Below, one piece after another: positions 9,606-18,366 of a DNA stretch of 64,000 nucleotides. This DNA comes from an uncultured Candidatus Saccharibacteria bacterium (lineage in GTDB: Bacteria > Patescibacteriota > Minisyncoccia > Phycocordibacterales > UBA9973): positions 21,586-85,585 of the forward strand of contig CAYUQD010000001.1 of assembly GCA_964446965.1 (NCBI GenBank). The letters run 5' to 3'. The notes beneath the pieces were generated by a model. The model worked only from the letters and a program-made list of their open reading frames with translations. It had not been told where the DNA came from and did no database searches. Made by a program: the position numbers and the translations under genes. The number at the start of each line of letters is the position of its first letter. Position 1 is the stretch's first letter.

Positions 9606-9671
9606 ACTCACTGGAGCGGGCCATGAAATGGTCTGCTTTTTTTATTACCCATTTTTTGCTACAGTATCGCA

Positions 9672-11414
9672 ATGACATCTTCCGAAATCCGCAAGCGCTT
9701 TCTCGACTTTTTTGCTGCACGTGGCCATGCCGTACTGCCGTCGGCTTCACTTGTGCCCAAGAACGACCCTTCTGTACTATTCAACACTGCCGGTATGCAG
9801 CCGCTCGTGCCGTACCTCATGGGTGAGACACATCCACTCGGTACACGTCTCGCGAGCTGCCAGAAGTGTGTACGTACGGGAGATATCGAAGAAGTGGGCA
9901 ATCACAAAAATCTCACATTCTTTGAGATGCTCGGCAACTGGTCGCTCGGAGACTATTTCAAGGAGTATGCGATCAAGTGGAGCTACGAATTCCTCACGAG
10001 CAAAGATGAGGGACTCGGTCTCGATCCATCACGACTCTATGTGACCGTATTCGAAGGCGACGCAGATGCGCCACGCGATCTCGAAGCAGTCGAGATCTGG
10101 AAGCAATACATTCCCGAGCATCGCATCTATTTCCTCCCCAAGGCCAACAACTGGTGGAGTCCTGGCGACAATGGTCCATGTGGACCCGATACTGAGATGT
10201 TCTATGATGTGACCCCACACGGTCTCGGAGATATGACGCACGAGGAGTACGTGGCAGCAGATGACAAGGGCGAAGTCGTCGAGATCTGGAACGATGTGTT
10301 CATGGAGTATGAGAAGCGCGACGGCGCAGTGATAGGGAAGTTGTCTCAAAAAAATGTGGACACCGGATCAGGTCTCGAGCGTATCTCAATGATTGTGCAA
10401 GGCAAGAATAATGTCTATGAATCTGACTTCTTCTCAGAGGTAATGGAGTACATAAAAAATCATTCAACTAAAAATTACGATGAGCGCGCAGCGCGAATTG
10501 TCGCAGACCATATCAGAAGTTCATTATTTATGATTGGTGATGGTGTTTTACCTTCCAATAAAGATAGCGGTTATGTTGTTCGTCGATTAATTCGTCGTTC
10601 AATGATTCAATCAAATAAATTGGGTTTAAATAAGGAAGATATTACTGCAATATTGGGCATTTTTATTTCTATATATAGAACATCGTATGAAGAAGTTGGT
10701 AGTATTAACGTAGTCTCTTCGGTCTTGGATGAATTTGATAAATTTCAAAAAACTCTTGAGATTGGTCTCAAAGAGCTTGATAAGGGAACAGATCCGTTCT
10801 TATTGGCTACAAGTTATGGTTTTCCAATAGAGCTTACAGAAGAACTTTTAGGGGAAAAAGGTGGTAGTATCGATATGAAATTATTTGCTGAGCAAATGAA
10901 GTCTCACCAAGACGCATCTCGTGCTGGTGCTGAGCAGAAGTTCAAAGGTGGCCTTGCCAATACTTCTGAAATCACGACCAAGCTCCACACCGCACACCAT
11001 TTGCTATTGAAGGCGTTGCAAGAAGTCGTCAGTCCCGACATTCACCAAAAAGGTTCCAACATTACCGAAGAACGCCTCCGGCTCGACTTCAACTTTGACC
11101 GCAAGCTCACTGACGAAGAAAAGAAAGCTGTCGAAGATCTCGTCAATGAAAAGATTCGCGAAGATTTGATCGTCACCAAGCGCGAAATGCCCAAAGCAGA
11201 GGCAATGCAACTCGGTGCCGAGATGGAATTTGGGACGACGTATCCTGATATTGTGTCTGTCTATATGATTCATGACGCCAACGACAAGGTATTCTCCCAA
11301 GAATTTTGCGGAGGACCACACGTGTCACACACCGGCGTACTCGGTACGTTCAAGATTCAAAAAGAAGAAGCCTCATCAGCAGGTATTCGTCGGATCAAGG
11401 CAACACTGTCATAA
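9672..11414 (+). CDS. alaS: alanine--tRNA ligase, short form lacking the C-terminal C-Ala domain
   Basis: Class II catalytic core (FNTAGMQP, GNWS, WS..NGPCGP) and editing-domain motif CGGPHV; 580 aa versus the canonical ~870. Confidence 0.85.
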   Translation: MTSSEIRKRFLDFFAARGHAVLPSASLVPKNDPSVLFNTAGMQPLVPYLMGETHPLGTRLASCQKCVRTGDIEEVGNHKNLTFFEMLGNWSLGDYFKEYAIKWSYEFLTSKDEGLGLDPSRLYVTVFEGDADAPRDLEAVEIWKQYIPEHRIYFLPKANNWWSPGDNGPCGPDTEMFYDVTPHGLGDMTHEEYVAADDKGEVVEIWNDVFMEYEKRDGAVIGKLSQKNVDTGSGLERISMIVQGKNNVYESDFFSEVMEYIKNHSTKNYDERAARIVADHIRSSLFMIGDGVLPSNKDSGYVVRRLIRRSMIQSNKLGLNKEDITAILGIFISIYRTSYEEVGSINVVSSVLDEFDKFQKTLEIGLKELDKGTDPFLLATSYGFPIELTEELLGEKGGSIDMKLFAEQMKSHQDASRAGAEQKFKGGLANTSEITTKLHTAHHLLLKALQEVVSPDIHQKGSNITEERLRLDFNFDRKLTDEEKKAVEDLVNEKIREDLIVTKREMPKAEAMQLGAEMEFGTTYPDIVSVYMIHDANDKVFSQEFCGGPHVSHTGVLGTFKIQKEEASSAGIRRIKATLS

Positions 11415-11466
11415 CATCGCATAACTTTTGCACAGTTATTGGATGCACCCATGATATACTTCACGT

Positions 11467-12636
11467 ATGTCAAACAAAGGCCACCATGGTGTGATCGCAA
11501 TTTTTGATGTGAGCTCGAGCTCTGTAGCTGGGGCGCATGTATTGATGCAGTCACGCACATGTCCTGCCACTACGATACTCACTAGTGTTCGTAGTGATAC
11601 GCTCATTCGTGACGATATTGATGTCGAGCGATTTGTCACCGATACTAATGCCTTGCTCGGTACTATTGCGACGACTGTGCGCACACAGGATCTCCATCAT
11701 CCGACCATGGTGCAGATCATACTCGCGTCTCCATGGTATACAGCACAGACTCGTTCGGTAGTGTATCGCAAAGATACTCCATTTACCTGTACAAAGAAGC
11801 TCATCGACTCTCTGATCGAAGCCGAGATCAAGCATGTCCTCGCAAAAGAAGAAGGTCCCTTTGGTGCATTCGGCAACGAGTCAGTCATTGTCGAGCAACA
11901 ACTCTCGGGTATCAAGCTCAATGGCTACCACACACACGTACCCTATGGCAAAAAGGTGACCTCCCTCGAGTTCTCACTCATCGTCACCATCGCCCCCAAG
12001 CGTATTCTCGATATGTTTTCTGAGACACTCAAGCGCGCCTACGGCCTACGTACTATCAGATATACCACCAATACCTTCTCGACCTTTGTGGTGATGCGAG
12101 ATCGTGTACGACTCGATGATGCGTGTGTCGTCATCGACGTGGGCGAAGAGATCACCGATATTGCCTTTGTAAAGAACGGCATTGTACTCCAACAACATTC
12201 ATTTCCCCTCGGGACATTTGGACTCTATCGCGCCATTGGCAAACACGACGTCGACGTCCTGCACGAGTCTCACGCACTCCTCGAGGCGTATCGTCTGGGT
12301 AAATTGACGGCACCAGAGCGTCGCAAGGTAGAGAAGGCACTCACGAGCTTTAGTGACAAGTGGCAGGAAGGTTTCCGGCAGGTCATCGAAGAGGGGCACT
12401 ACGGCTTTTGTCTCCCACACCGTCTACTCGTCACGGTCGAAGCCCAATTTGAGCTCCTCTTTGCACGCATGATCGAAGAAGATCCGTTCATCAAGTACAA
12501 ATGTGCAGCTGACGCCATCATCCTCACCTATATCAACGAAGCCCTCCTTGCGCATGATGTCTCGACACAGGACCATAGCGCTATCGATAGCCCGCTCGCC
12601 GTAGGAGCATTATTTGCTGAGCGAGTGCAGTCATAA
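11467..12636 (+). CDS. actin-like ATPase of the FtsA/PilM family
   Basis: N-terminal phosphate-1-like IAIFDVSSSSVAGA, later VVIDVGEEITDIAFVKNG...LGTFGL; ASKHA-fold pattern. Confidence 0.45.
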   Translation: MSNKGHHGVIAIFDVSSSSVAGAHVLMQSRTCPATTILTSVRSDTLIRDDIDVERFVTDTNALLGTIATTVRTQDLHHPTMVQIILASPWYTAQTRSVVYRKDTPFTCTKKLIDSLIEAEIKHVLAKEEGPFGAFGNESVIVEQQLSGIKLNGYHTHVPYGKKVTSLEFSLIVTIAPKRILDMFSETLKRAYGLRTIRYTTNTFSTFVVMRDRVRLDDACVVIDVGEEITDIAFVKNGIVLQQHSFPLGTFGLYRAIGKHDVDVLHESHALLEAYRLGKLTAPERRKVEKALTSFSDKWQEGFRQVIEEGHYGFCLPHRLLVTVEAQFELLFARMIEEDPFIKYKCAADAIILTYINEALLAHDVSTQDHSAIDSPLAVGALFAERVQS

Positions 12637-12638
12637 CT

Positions 12639-13889
12639 ATGAAGCTCTACGACGTCATCCGCAAAGAAGAAATAGAAGAAGGTCGCACCTTTCCGCCGAT
12701 CAATATGGATCGAGAGCACTCCACGCCAAAGCCTCATCGACCTCGACATAGTGTCAGATGGCGGTCAATGCTCGTCATTGCATTGGCAGTAGTCTTTGTT
12801 GCCGTACTCTATATCGTTGGTATGAAGGTTGTGCATGCACGTGTCGTTATCAACGAACGTCGTATCCCGTTCTCGCTCGAAGGGGCTGAGTTTGAGCTCT
12901 CACACGAAGGAGAGGGAAGCGTGGGCAGGTTGTCATTCCAGACAATGGTTGTCCCAACGCAAGTATCACGACAAGTCTATGGATCAGTCGTCGAGCCCAG
13001 TACGAGCTCTGCGACTGGCAAGGTTGTATTCTTTAACGAATACAGCACCAAACCTCAGACCATCAAGGCAAAGACTGTCATTACTTCAAAAGAAGGCAAA
13101 AAATATCAGACCACTACGGCTGTTACTGTCCCGGGCTATACACTCAAAAACAAGGTAAAAACAGCGGGTACATCAGCATCTGTATCAGTAAAGGCGAGTG
13201 GGGTAGGTCCGACATACAACACTACAGGGACGAGCTTTACGGTGGCTGGGTATAGCAAGACACTCTACGCCCAATCAGCGGGCGCTATTAGTGGTGGAGA
13301 GGATGGTATTGTCCACCGTGTTGCCCCGAGCGAACAGGAGAGTATCAGAGCTACACTCCAAGCCCAGCTCATCGAACGTCTCAAACGTGAGACCCGTGCG
13401 CAGATGCCGCAAGGATTTATCACATTTCCCGACCTGCAGGTCACTACACTCAAGGGCGATGCTGTGTCATTCCAGGGTGATAGTATCAAGTTCGCCGCAA
13501 GTATGGATGGTGTCATGGTGACCTACCTGATCCCCATTGATCTCCTTGAGTCTACTATTGCAAACCATTTTCTTACTGATGACCATACCTACCCTCAGGT
13601 TACCATTCCTGACCTCGGAGGACTCACTGTCGTACCAGTCACTTCGCTCCCCGCAGACCCGTCTGTAGTACCCGACAGTATTCGTGTTCGTGTGTCTGGA
13701 GAGGGGACAATCATTGCCAAGGCTCCGCTCGACACCATCCGCCAGTCGCTCGTCGGCATCCCAAAGACTGCGTTTGCGACCACCCTTGCCACTGTCCCCG
13801 AGATCGATACCGCGGAGTATCATTTCACCCCATTTTGGGCACCATTTTTCCCCAGTCGCGAATCTCGGATCAAGGTAGAGGTACGGTAG
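12639..13889 (+). CDS. hypothetical single-pass membrane protein with a large extracytoplasmic domain
   Basis: Charged N-terminus, one TM (LVIALAVVFVAVLYIVG), ~350 aa Ser/Thr/Val-rich ectodomain; start codon 2 nt after the upstream stop. Confidence 0.4.
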   Translation: MKLYDVIRKEEIEEGRTFPPINMDREHSTPKPHRPRHSVRWRSMLVIALAVVFVAVLYIVGMKVVHARVVINERRIPFSLEGAEFELSHEGEGSVGRLSFQTMVVPTQVSRQVYGSVVEPSTSSATGKVVFFNEYSTKPQTIKAKTVITSKEGKKYQTTTAVTVPGYTLKNKVKTAGTSASVSVKASGVGPTYNTTGTSFTVAGYSKTLYAQSAGAISGGEDGIVHRVAPSEQESIRATLQAQLIERLKRETRAQMPQGFITFPDLQVTTLKGDAVSFQGDSIKFAASMDGVMVTYLIPIDLLESTIANHFLTDDHTYPQVTIPDLGGLTVVPVTSLPADPSVVPDSIRVRVSGEGTIIAKAPLDTIRQSLVGIPKTAFATTLATVPEIDTAEYHFTPFWAPFFPSRESRIKVEVR

Positions 13890-13902
13890 CCTCAGAGACA
13901 AG

Positions 13903-13931
13903 TTGACCCTACCAATAAACTATAGTACTAT
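13903..13931 (+). promoter_or_regulatory. sigma-70-like promoter TTGACC-17-TACTAT for the infA-rpmJ-rpsM-rpsK-rpsD-rpoA-rplQ cluster
   Basis: -35/-10 spacing read directly from the sequence. Confidence 0.4.
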
Positions 13932-13946
13932 TAACTTCCATAACTC

Positions 13947-14156
13947 ATGGCAACTACCCCCGACGCAGTAAAAGCAACCGTATCTGAAGCCCTCCCCAAC
14001 ACAATGTTTCGGGTTACGCTTGAGAACGGAGACGTTATCGTGGCGTACTTGGCAGGCAAAATGCGCCTTCACCGTATCAAGGTGCTCATCGGAGATACGG
14101 TCGATGTCGTCATAGACCCCTACGGTGGAAAAGGTCGTATTGTCAGACGATCATAG
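13947..14156 (+). CDS. infA: translation initiation factor IF-1
   Basis: ...[25 protein letters not shown]...[21 protein letters not shown]. Confidence 0.9.
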   Translation: MATTPDAVKATVSEALPNTMFRVTLENGDVIVAYLAGKMRLHRIKVLIGDTVDVVIDPYGGKGRIVRRS

Positions 14157-14209
14157 ATAGTGTATACTCTCCCCGCTACAAATTTGGCACCAAATATTCG
14201 ATATTTTTT

Positions 14210-14320
14210 ATGAAAATCAGATCAACAGTCAAAAAAATGTGTGATAAATGCAAGATTGTAAAACGCAATCGTCATTTGCACGTGATCTGTGATAATCCTA
14301 AGCACAAGCAAAAACAATAA
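14210..14320 (+). CDS. rpmJ: 50S ribosomal protein L36
   Basis: 36 aa [36 protein letters not shown] (C-x2-C...C...H zinc ribbon); absent from the ORF track because it is under 60 aa. Confidence 0.85.
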   Translation: MKIRSTVKKMCDKCKIVKRNRHLHVICDNPKHKQKQ

Positions 14321-14328
14321 TATTTTCT

Positions 14329-14709
14329 ATGCGTATCCTCGGTATCAACATCCCCAATGAAAAGCGTCTCGATATTGGTCTCACGACCCTCTTTGGTATC
14401 GGCACTGCTACTGCAACTCGTATCCTCCGTCAGGTAGATGTAGCTCCAGCTACCAAGCCTACTGAGATCAGCATCGACCAAGAGAACGAGATCCGCAAGC
14501 TCGTCGAAGAACGAACAATCGAAGGTAACCTCAAGCGTGAGATTGCAAGCAACATCAAGCGTCTCAAGGATATCAAGGCATACCGTGGCGTACGTCACAT
14601 GCGCCGCCTCCCGGTCAAAGGTCAGCGAACAAAGACCAACTCTCGTACCGTTCGTGGCAACGTCCGCAACACGATGGGTAGTGGTCGCCGCAAGGAGAGT
14701 AAGACATAA
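14329..14709 (+). CDS. rpsM: 30S ribosomal protein S13
   Basis: MRILGINIP...GIG...AYRGVRH. Confidence 0.9.
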   Translation: MRILGINIPNEKRLDIGLTTLFGIGTATATRILRQVDVAPATKPTEISIDQENEIRKLVEERTIEGNLKREIASNIKRLKDIKAYRGVRHMRRLPVKGQRTKTNSRTVRGNVRNTMGSGRRKESKT

Positions 14710-14723
14710 TCAATAATTAATTT

Positions 14724-15158
14724 ATGGGAAAGAAACGCATCACAAACCAAGAAGGTCAACTCGTAGACGCTGACAAGCGCGGTCGTGCTGTTGCGCGTTC
14801 CGCAAAAAAGAAGCTCACTACAGCAATGCTCGCCATCGAAGCGACATTCAACAACACAAAGGCAGTCGTCTCTGACCTCAAGGGTAACGTATTGTTTTGG
14901 TCATCATCTGGCTCTCTCGGATTTAAGGGTGCAAAGAAGGGAACCCCTTTTGCTGCATCAAAGGTAGGAGAAATCCTTGCCGAAAAGGCAGTAACTGCAG
15001 GTATCAAGGAAGTTGCAGTAGTGGTCAAGGGTGTTGGTTCTGGTCGCGAACCACTTATCCGTGCGTTTATTGGTCCTGGTATCGAGCTCTTGTCTATCAA
15101 GGATCGGACCCCAGTACCACACAACGGTCCCAAGGCAAAGAAGCCCCGAAGAGTATAA
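14724..15158 (+). CDS. rpsK: 30S ribosomal protein S11
   Basis: Conserved S11 core ...TFNNT...SSGSLGFKGAKKGTPFAA... Confidence 0.9.
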   Translation: MGKKRITNQEGQLVDADKRGRAVARSAKKKLTTAMLAIEATFNNTKAVVSDLKGNVLFWSSSGSLGFKGAKKGTPFAASKVGEILAEKAVTAGIKEVAVVVKGVGSGREPLIRAFIGPGIELLSIKDRTPVPHNGPKAKKPRRV

Positions 15159-15170
15159 ACGAGTATATAT

Positions 15171-15776
15171 ATGAAATTAGCTGCAAAATACAAAATGTGT
15201 CGTCGGTTGGGTTCAGGAGTGTTTGAAAAGTGTCAAACACAAAAGTACACGCAATCAGAAATGAAAAAGAGTAAGTCTAGTGGCAAGCGCCCAAAACAGC
15301 TCTCTGATTACGGGCGCCAGCTTATTGAGAAGCAAAAAGTTCGATTTTCGTACGGTATTTCTGAGCGTCAGCTCGGCAACTATGTAGAGAAGGCAGGCAA
15401 CGTGAAGGGCATGCCTGTTACAGACAAACTCTACGAACTCCTCGAATCTCGCCTCGACAATGTCATCTATCGTCTCGGATTTGCTCCTACTCGCCGCATG
15501 GCTCGTCAGATGGCGTCTCATGGTCACTTCACCATCAATGGTGTGAAGGTGACGATCCCATCATTGGAGGTACGCGCGGGAGATGTGATCGCAGTACGTG
15601 AAGGGTCACGCAAGAGTTCAATGTTCGCAGATATGGCAAAGAAGTCACAAACTAGTCCATGGCCAAACTGGCTCAAGTTCACCCCTGAGTCTTTGCAAGC
15701 AGAAGTCGTCGCAAAGCCAAAGAATGACGAACAGTTCTTGCAGTTCGAAACAGTGCTCGAGTTCTACAGTCGTTAA
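15171..15776 (+). CDS. rpsD: 30S ribosomal protein S4
   Basis: S4 N-terminal region plus S4 RNA-binding domain (LDNVIYRLGFA..R..ARQ...HGH). Confidence 0.9.
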   Translation: MKLAAKYKMCRRLGSGVFEKCQTQKYTQSEMKKSKSSGKRPKQLSDYGRQLIEKQKVRFSYGISERQLGNYVEKAGNVKGMPVTDKLYELLESRLDNVIYRLGFAPTRRMARQMASHGHFTINGVKVTIPSLEVRAGDVIAVREGSRKSSMFADMAKKSQTSPWPNWLKFTPESLQAEVVAKPKNDEQFLQFETVLEFYSR

Positions 15777-15839
15777 ACATAGACGAATTAGAAGACACTC
15801 TTGGAGATTTTACAAATTAATGGTACAATTATTTTCCAT

Positions 15840-16847
15840 ATGACTGAACAACACATCATCCTCCCATCAAAGCCTCGAGCAACCCTCGAAGAAGGCAACA
15901 AAGGTATCTTTGAGATTGACGGCCTCATTCCTGGATACGGGTACACACTCGGCAACTCACTTCGCCGGATCATTCTCTCATCACTCTCAGGAGCGGCTAT
16001 TACTGCGGTCAAGATCGATGGTGTTAGTCACGAATTTGCAACTATCGAAGGTGTCAAAGAAGACGTGATCACGCTCTTGCTCAATCTCAAGAACGTCCGC
16101 TTTGCAGTTGTCGGTGACGAAGCCCAAAAGATCTCTTTTTCAGTCAAGGGTCCAAAGGTTGTCACTGCAGCTGATATCGGTGCAAAGGGTGCGGTCACTG
16201 TCTCAAATCCAGATCAGTACATCTGTGAGATGACTACCAAGGGTACACTCACTGTTGAGCTCACGATCGAACGTGGCCTCGGATTTGTTCCTCGTGAGGC
16301 GCACCACAAGCAGAAGGCAGATATCGGGACTATATTCCTCGATGCAATCTTTTCTCCTATTCGTCGCGTGAGCTACGATGTGGAGGAGATGCGTGTTGGC
16401 GACAAGACCAACTTCAACCGTCTCAGACTCACTATCGAGACAGATGGTACGACTTCTCCTCGCGAAGCGTTGGAACAGTCAGTCAAGATCATGATCGAAC
16501 AGCTCGCAGCTATCGTATCAGTATCTTCTCAGGAGATGATCGACGAAGTACAGTCTCGGATGACTATCAAGGCTCCAGTGAGCTTTGAGTCTACTTCTGA
16601 CGCCACACCAGCAGGTGAGGATGCAGATAGTGATGTCGATGTCACTGATGTGCTCAAGACTCGCATTGATGCGATCGGACTCTCTACACGCACACTCAAC
16701 GCGCTCTCAGCGGCAAATATCCGCACTGTCGGAGGTATTGCGCGCAAGCACGTCGCTGATTTGCTCGAGATCGACGGCATCGGTGACAAGGGTATTACTG
16801 AGATAAAAGAAGCACTTTCAGCTTTTGACTTGTCTTTGAAGGACTAA
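15840..16847 (+). CDS. rpoA: DNA-directed RNA polymerase subunit alpha
   Basis: GYGYTLGNSLRRIILSS motif and C-terminal alpha-CTD; ATG 15840 preferred over the TTG at 15801. Confidence 0.9.
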   Translation: MTEQHIILPSKPRATLEEGNKGIFEIDGLIPGYGYTLGNSLRRIILSSLSGAAITAVKIDGVSHEFATIEGVKEDVITLLLNLKNVRFAVVGDEAQKISFSVKGPKVVTAADIGAKGAVTVSNPDQYICEMTTKGTLTVELTIERGLGFVPREAHHKQKADIGTIFLDAIFSPIRRVSYDVEEMRVGDKTNFNRLRLTIETDGTTSPREALEQSVKIMIEQLAAIVSVSSQEMIDEVQSRMTIKAPVSFESTSDATPAGEDADSDVDVTDVLKTRIDAIGLSTRTLNALSAANIRTVGGIARKHVADLLEIDGIGDKGITEIKEALSAFDLSLKD

Positions 16848-16867
16848 TAAGGTATAAAGGAGTACTT

Positions 16868-17221
16868 ATGCGACACGCAAACAATGTGAGAAAATTTGGC
16901 CGAGAAAAGAACGCACGAGTTGCGCTCCTTCGAGGACTTGCAGAATCCTTGATTACACACGGTCGTATTTTGACGACTGAGGCCAAGGCAAAGGAGATCC
17001 GCCCAAGTGTCGAAAAGATGGTCACCAAGGCAAAGAACCCAACACTCGCAAATCGCCGCCTCCTCCTCTCTGGTCTCTACAACAACGAGATCGTTGTCTC
17101 CAAGCTCATCTCAGACATCGCCCCAAAGTATGATGGTCGTCCAGGTGGATACACTCGTATCACCAAGCTCGTACAGCGCAAGAGTGACGGATCTCCAATG
17201 GCCGTAATTGAATTTGTATAA
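16868..17221 (+). CDS. rplQ: 50S ribosomal protein L17
   Basis: MRH..N.RK..R...R.AL.R.L...L..HGRI.TT. Confidence 0.9.
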   Translation: MRHANNVRKFGREKNARVALLRGLAESLITHGRILTTEAKAKEIRPSVEKMVTKAKNPTLANRRLLLSGLYNNEIVVSKLISDIAPKYDGRPGGYTRITKLVQRKSDGSPMAVIEFV

Positions 17222-17229
17222 TACTTTTT

Positions 17230-17574
17230 ATGAACTACACTATCGATGCAACAAACAAATCATTGGGACGTCTCGCTACCGAAGTAGCGGCTATTCTCAT
17301 CGGCAAAAATGAAGTAACATTCGCAAAGAACACTGTCTCAGAAAACACCGTGACGGTGACCAACGCCTCAAAGATCAAGCAAGATCCTCGCAAAATGCTC
17401 ACCAAGACATACAACAGCTTCTCTGGATATCCAGGAGGTCTCAAGCAGAGTACAATGGCGCATGTCGCAGCTACCAAGGGCTTCAGTGAGATCGTCTCAA
17501 CTGCGGTCAAGGGTATGCTTCCTGACAACCGTCTCAAAAAGGAGCTCATGAAGCACCTCACCGTTTCTGAATAA
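17230..17574 (+). CDS. rplM: 50S ribosomal protein L13
   Basis: LGRLAT.VA..L.GK. Confidence 0.9.
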   Translation: MNYTIDATNKSLGRLATEVAAILIGKNEVTFAKNTVSENTVTVTNASKIKQDPRKMLTKTYNSFSGYPGGLKQSTMAHVAATKGFSEIVSTAVKGMLPDNRLKKELMKHLTVSE

Positions 17575-17587
17575 TTTTTATACTACT

Positions 17588-18007
17588 ATGGCCACTACCA
17601 CCACCCCAAAAACTTCATCAGCAAAGAAATACATCGAGACTATCGGTCGTCGCAAGACAGCAACTGCTCGCGTGCGTATTACCCCTGCTACCAAGGCAAG
17701 CTACATGATCAACGACAAGGATCTCGCAGTATACTTCCCAACTGCAGAACTCCAAAAGATCGTTACTGACCCATTCAAGGTCGCTGACAAGGCGTACGCC
17801 GTATCAGTACATGTGAAGGGCTCTGGGATACACTCACAAGCAGAAGCAGTCCGTCACGGTATCTCTCGAGGTCTTGTGAAGGAAGACGAGGCTGACAAGA
17901 CCAAGCTCAAGCAAGAAGGATTCCTCAAGCGTGATCCTCGTTCCAAGGAACGTCGCAAGTTCGGTCTCAAAAAGGCCCGCAAGGCAGGTCAGTGGAGTAA
18001 GCGATAA
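17588..18007 (+). CDS. rpsI: 30S ribosomal protein S9
   Basis: GRRK.A.ARV...V.V.GSG...QAEA.RHGI.R.L...C-terminal ..R.KERRK.GL.KARK. Confidence 0.9.
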   Translation: MATTTTPKTSSAKKYIETIGRRKTATARVRITPATKASYMINDKDLAVYFPTAELQKIVTDPFKVADKAYAVSVHVKGSGIHSQAEAVRHGISRGLVKEDEADKTKLKQEGFLKRDPRSKERRKFGLKKARKAGQWSKR

Positions 18008-18015
18008 ATACAGAG

Positions 18016-18040
18016 AAGTCCCGACTGGGGTTTTTTTGTT
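18016..18040 (+). terminator. intrinsic terminator after rpsI (short hairpin + T7)
   Basis: cccgactgggg followed by TTTTTTT. Confidence 0.4.
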
Positions 18041-18066
18041 GCTTTTATGTATAGTTTTGATATAGT

Positions 18067-18338
18067 CGGAGAAGAATGTTCCTAGCGAACGGCTTGGGTC
18101 GTAAAGATTACCCACTCTTCCTAATTTTTTATTCGAGAGAGATTGGAATAAGCCTAAAGGGGGATAAACCCAGATTTGCAGCTAAGGCATAGTGATGTTA
18201 TGGCTTGAGCACCGCTCGCCTAACATGTAAAACACAAAGTAACGGCAACGTTCGCCGAAGCTCTTAGGGCAGCTTAAAAAAGCTTTTCCGGTAGTAAGAA
18301 CATTTTAAAAGACCTCTCTTTTGAGAGGGCTTTTTTTA
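18067..18338 (+). ncRNA. candidate ~270 nt structured RNA, or a terminator-ended leader/attenuator of grpE (identity unknown)
   Basis: No plus-strand ORF of 60 aa or more. Candidate promoter TTGCTT-16-TATAGT at 18039-18066. The 5' segment aagaatgttc (18073-18082) can pair with gaacattt (~18300-18308). Strong intrinsic terminator cctctc-tttt-gagagg + T7 at 18311-18338. Confidence 0.3.
18311..18338 (+). terminator. intrinsic terminator (cctctcttttgagagg + TTTTTTT)
   Basis: Perfect 6-bp stem, tetraloop, T7. Confidence 0.6.
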
Positions 18339-18366
18339 TTGCAAATTTTCAGTATAATAATGACCT

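Noticed and set aside
9672-11414. alaS as a truncated pseudogene
   Set aside because: The reading frame is intact with catalytic and editing motifs and a clean stop, and the ORF track shows no downstream continuation frame. It was interpreted as a naturally short AlaS.
18067-18338. tmRNA (ssrA) hypothesis for the rpsI-grpE intergenic element, prompted by an ...AEALRAA-stop reading frame near 18240-18278
   Set aside because: No tRNA-like acceptor or T-arm (GGTTCGA-type) sequence and no GGGG 5' end, and the length is too short. Kept only as an unidentified structured RNA or leader.
18100-18366. CIRCE (TTAGCACTC-N9-GAGTGCTAA) or HAIR heat-shock operators upstream of grpE, dnaK and dnaJ
   Set aside because: Not found. 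Only unrelated palindromes (TTTTGCG-N2-CGCAAAA, TTGTACAA) are present near dnaK.
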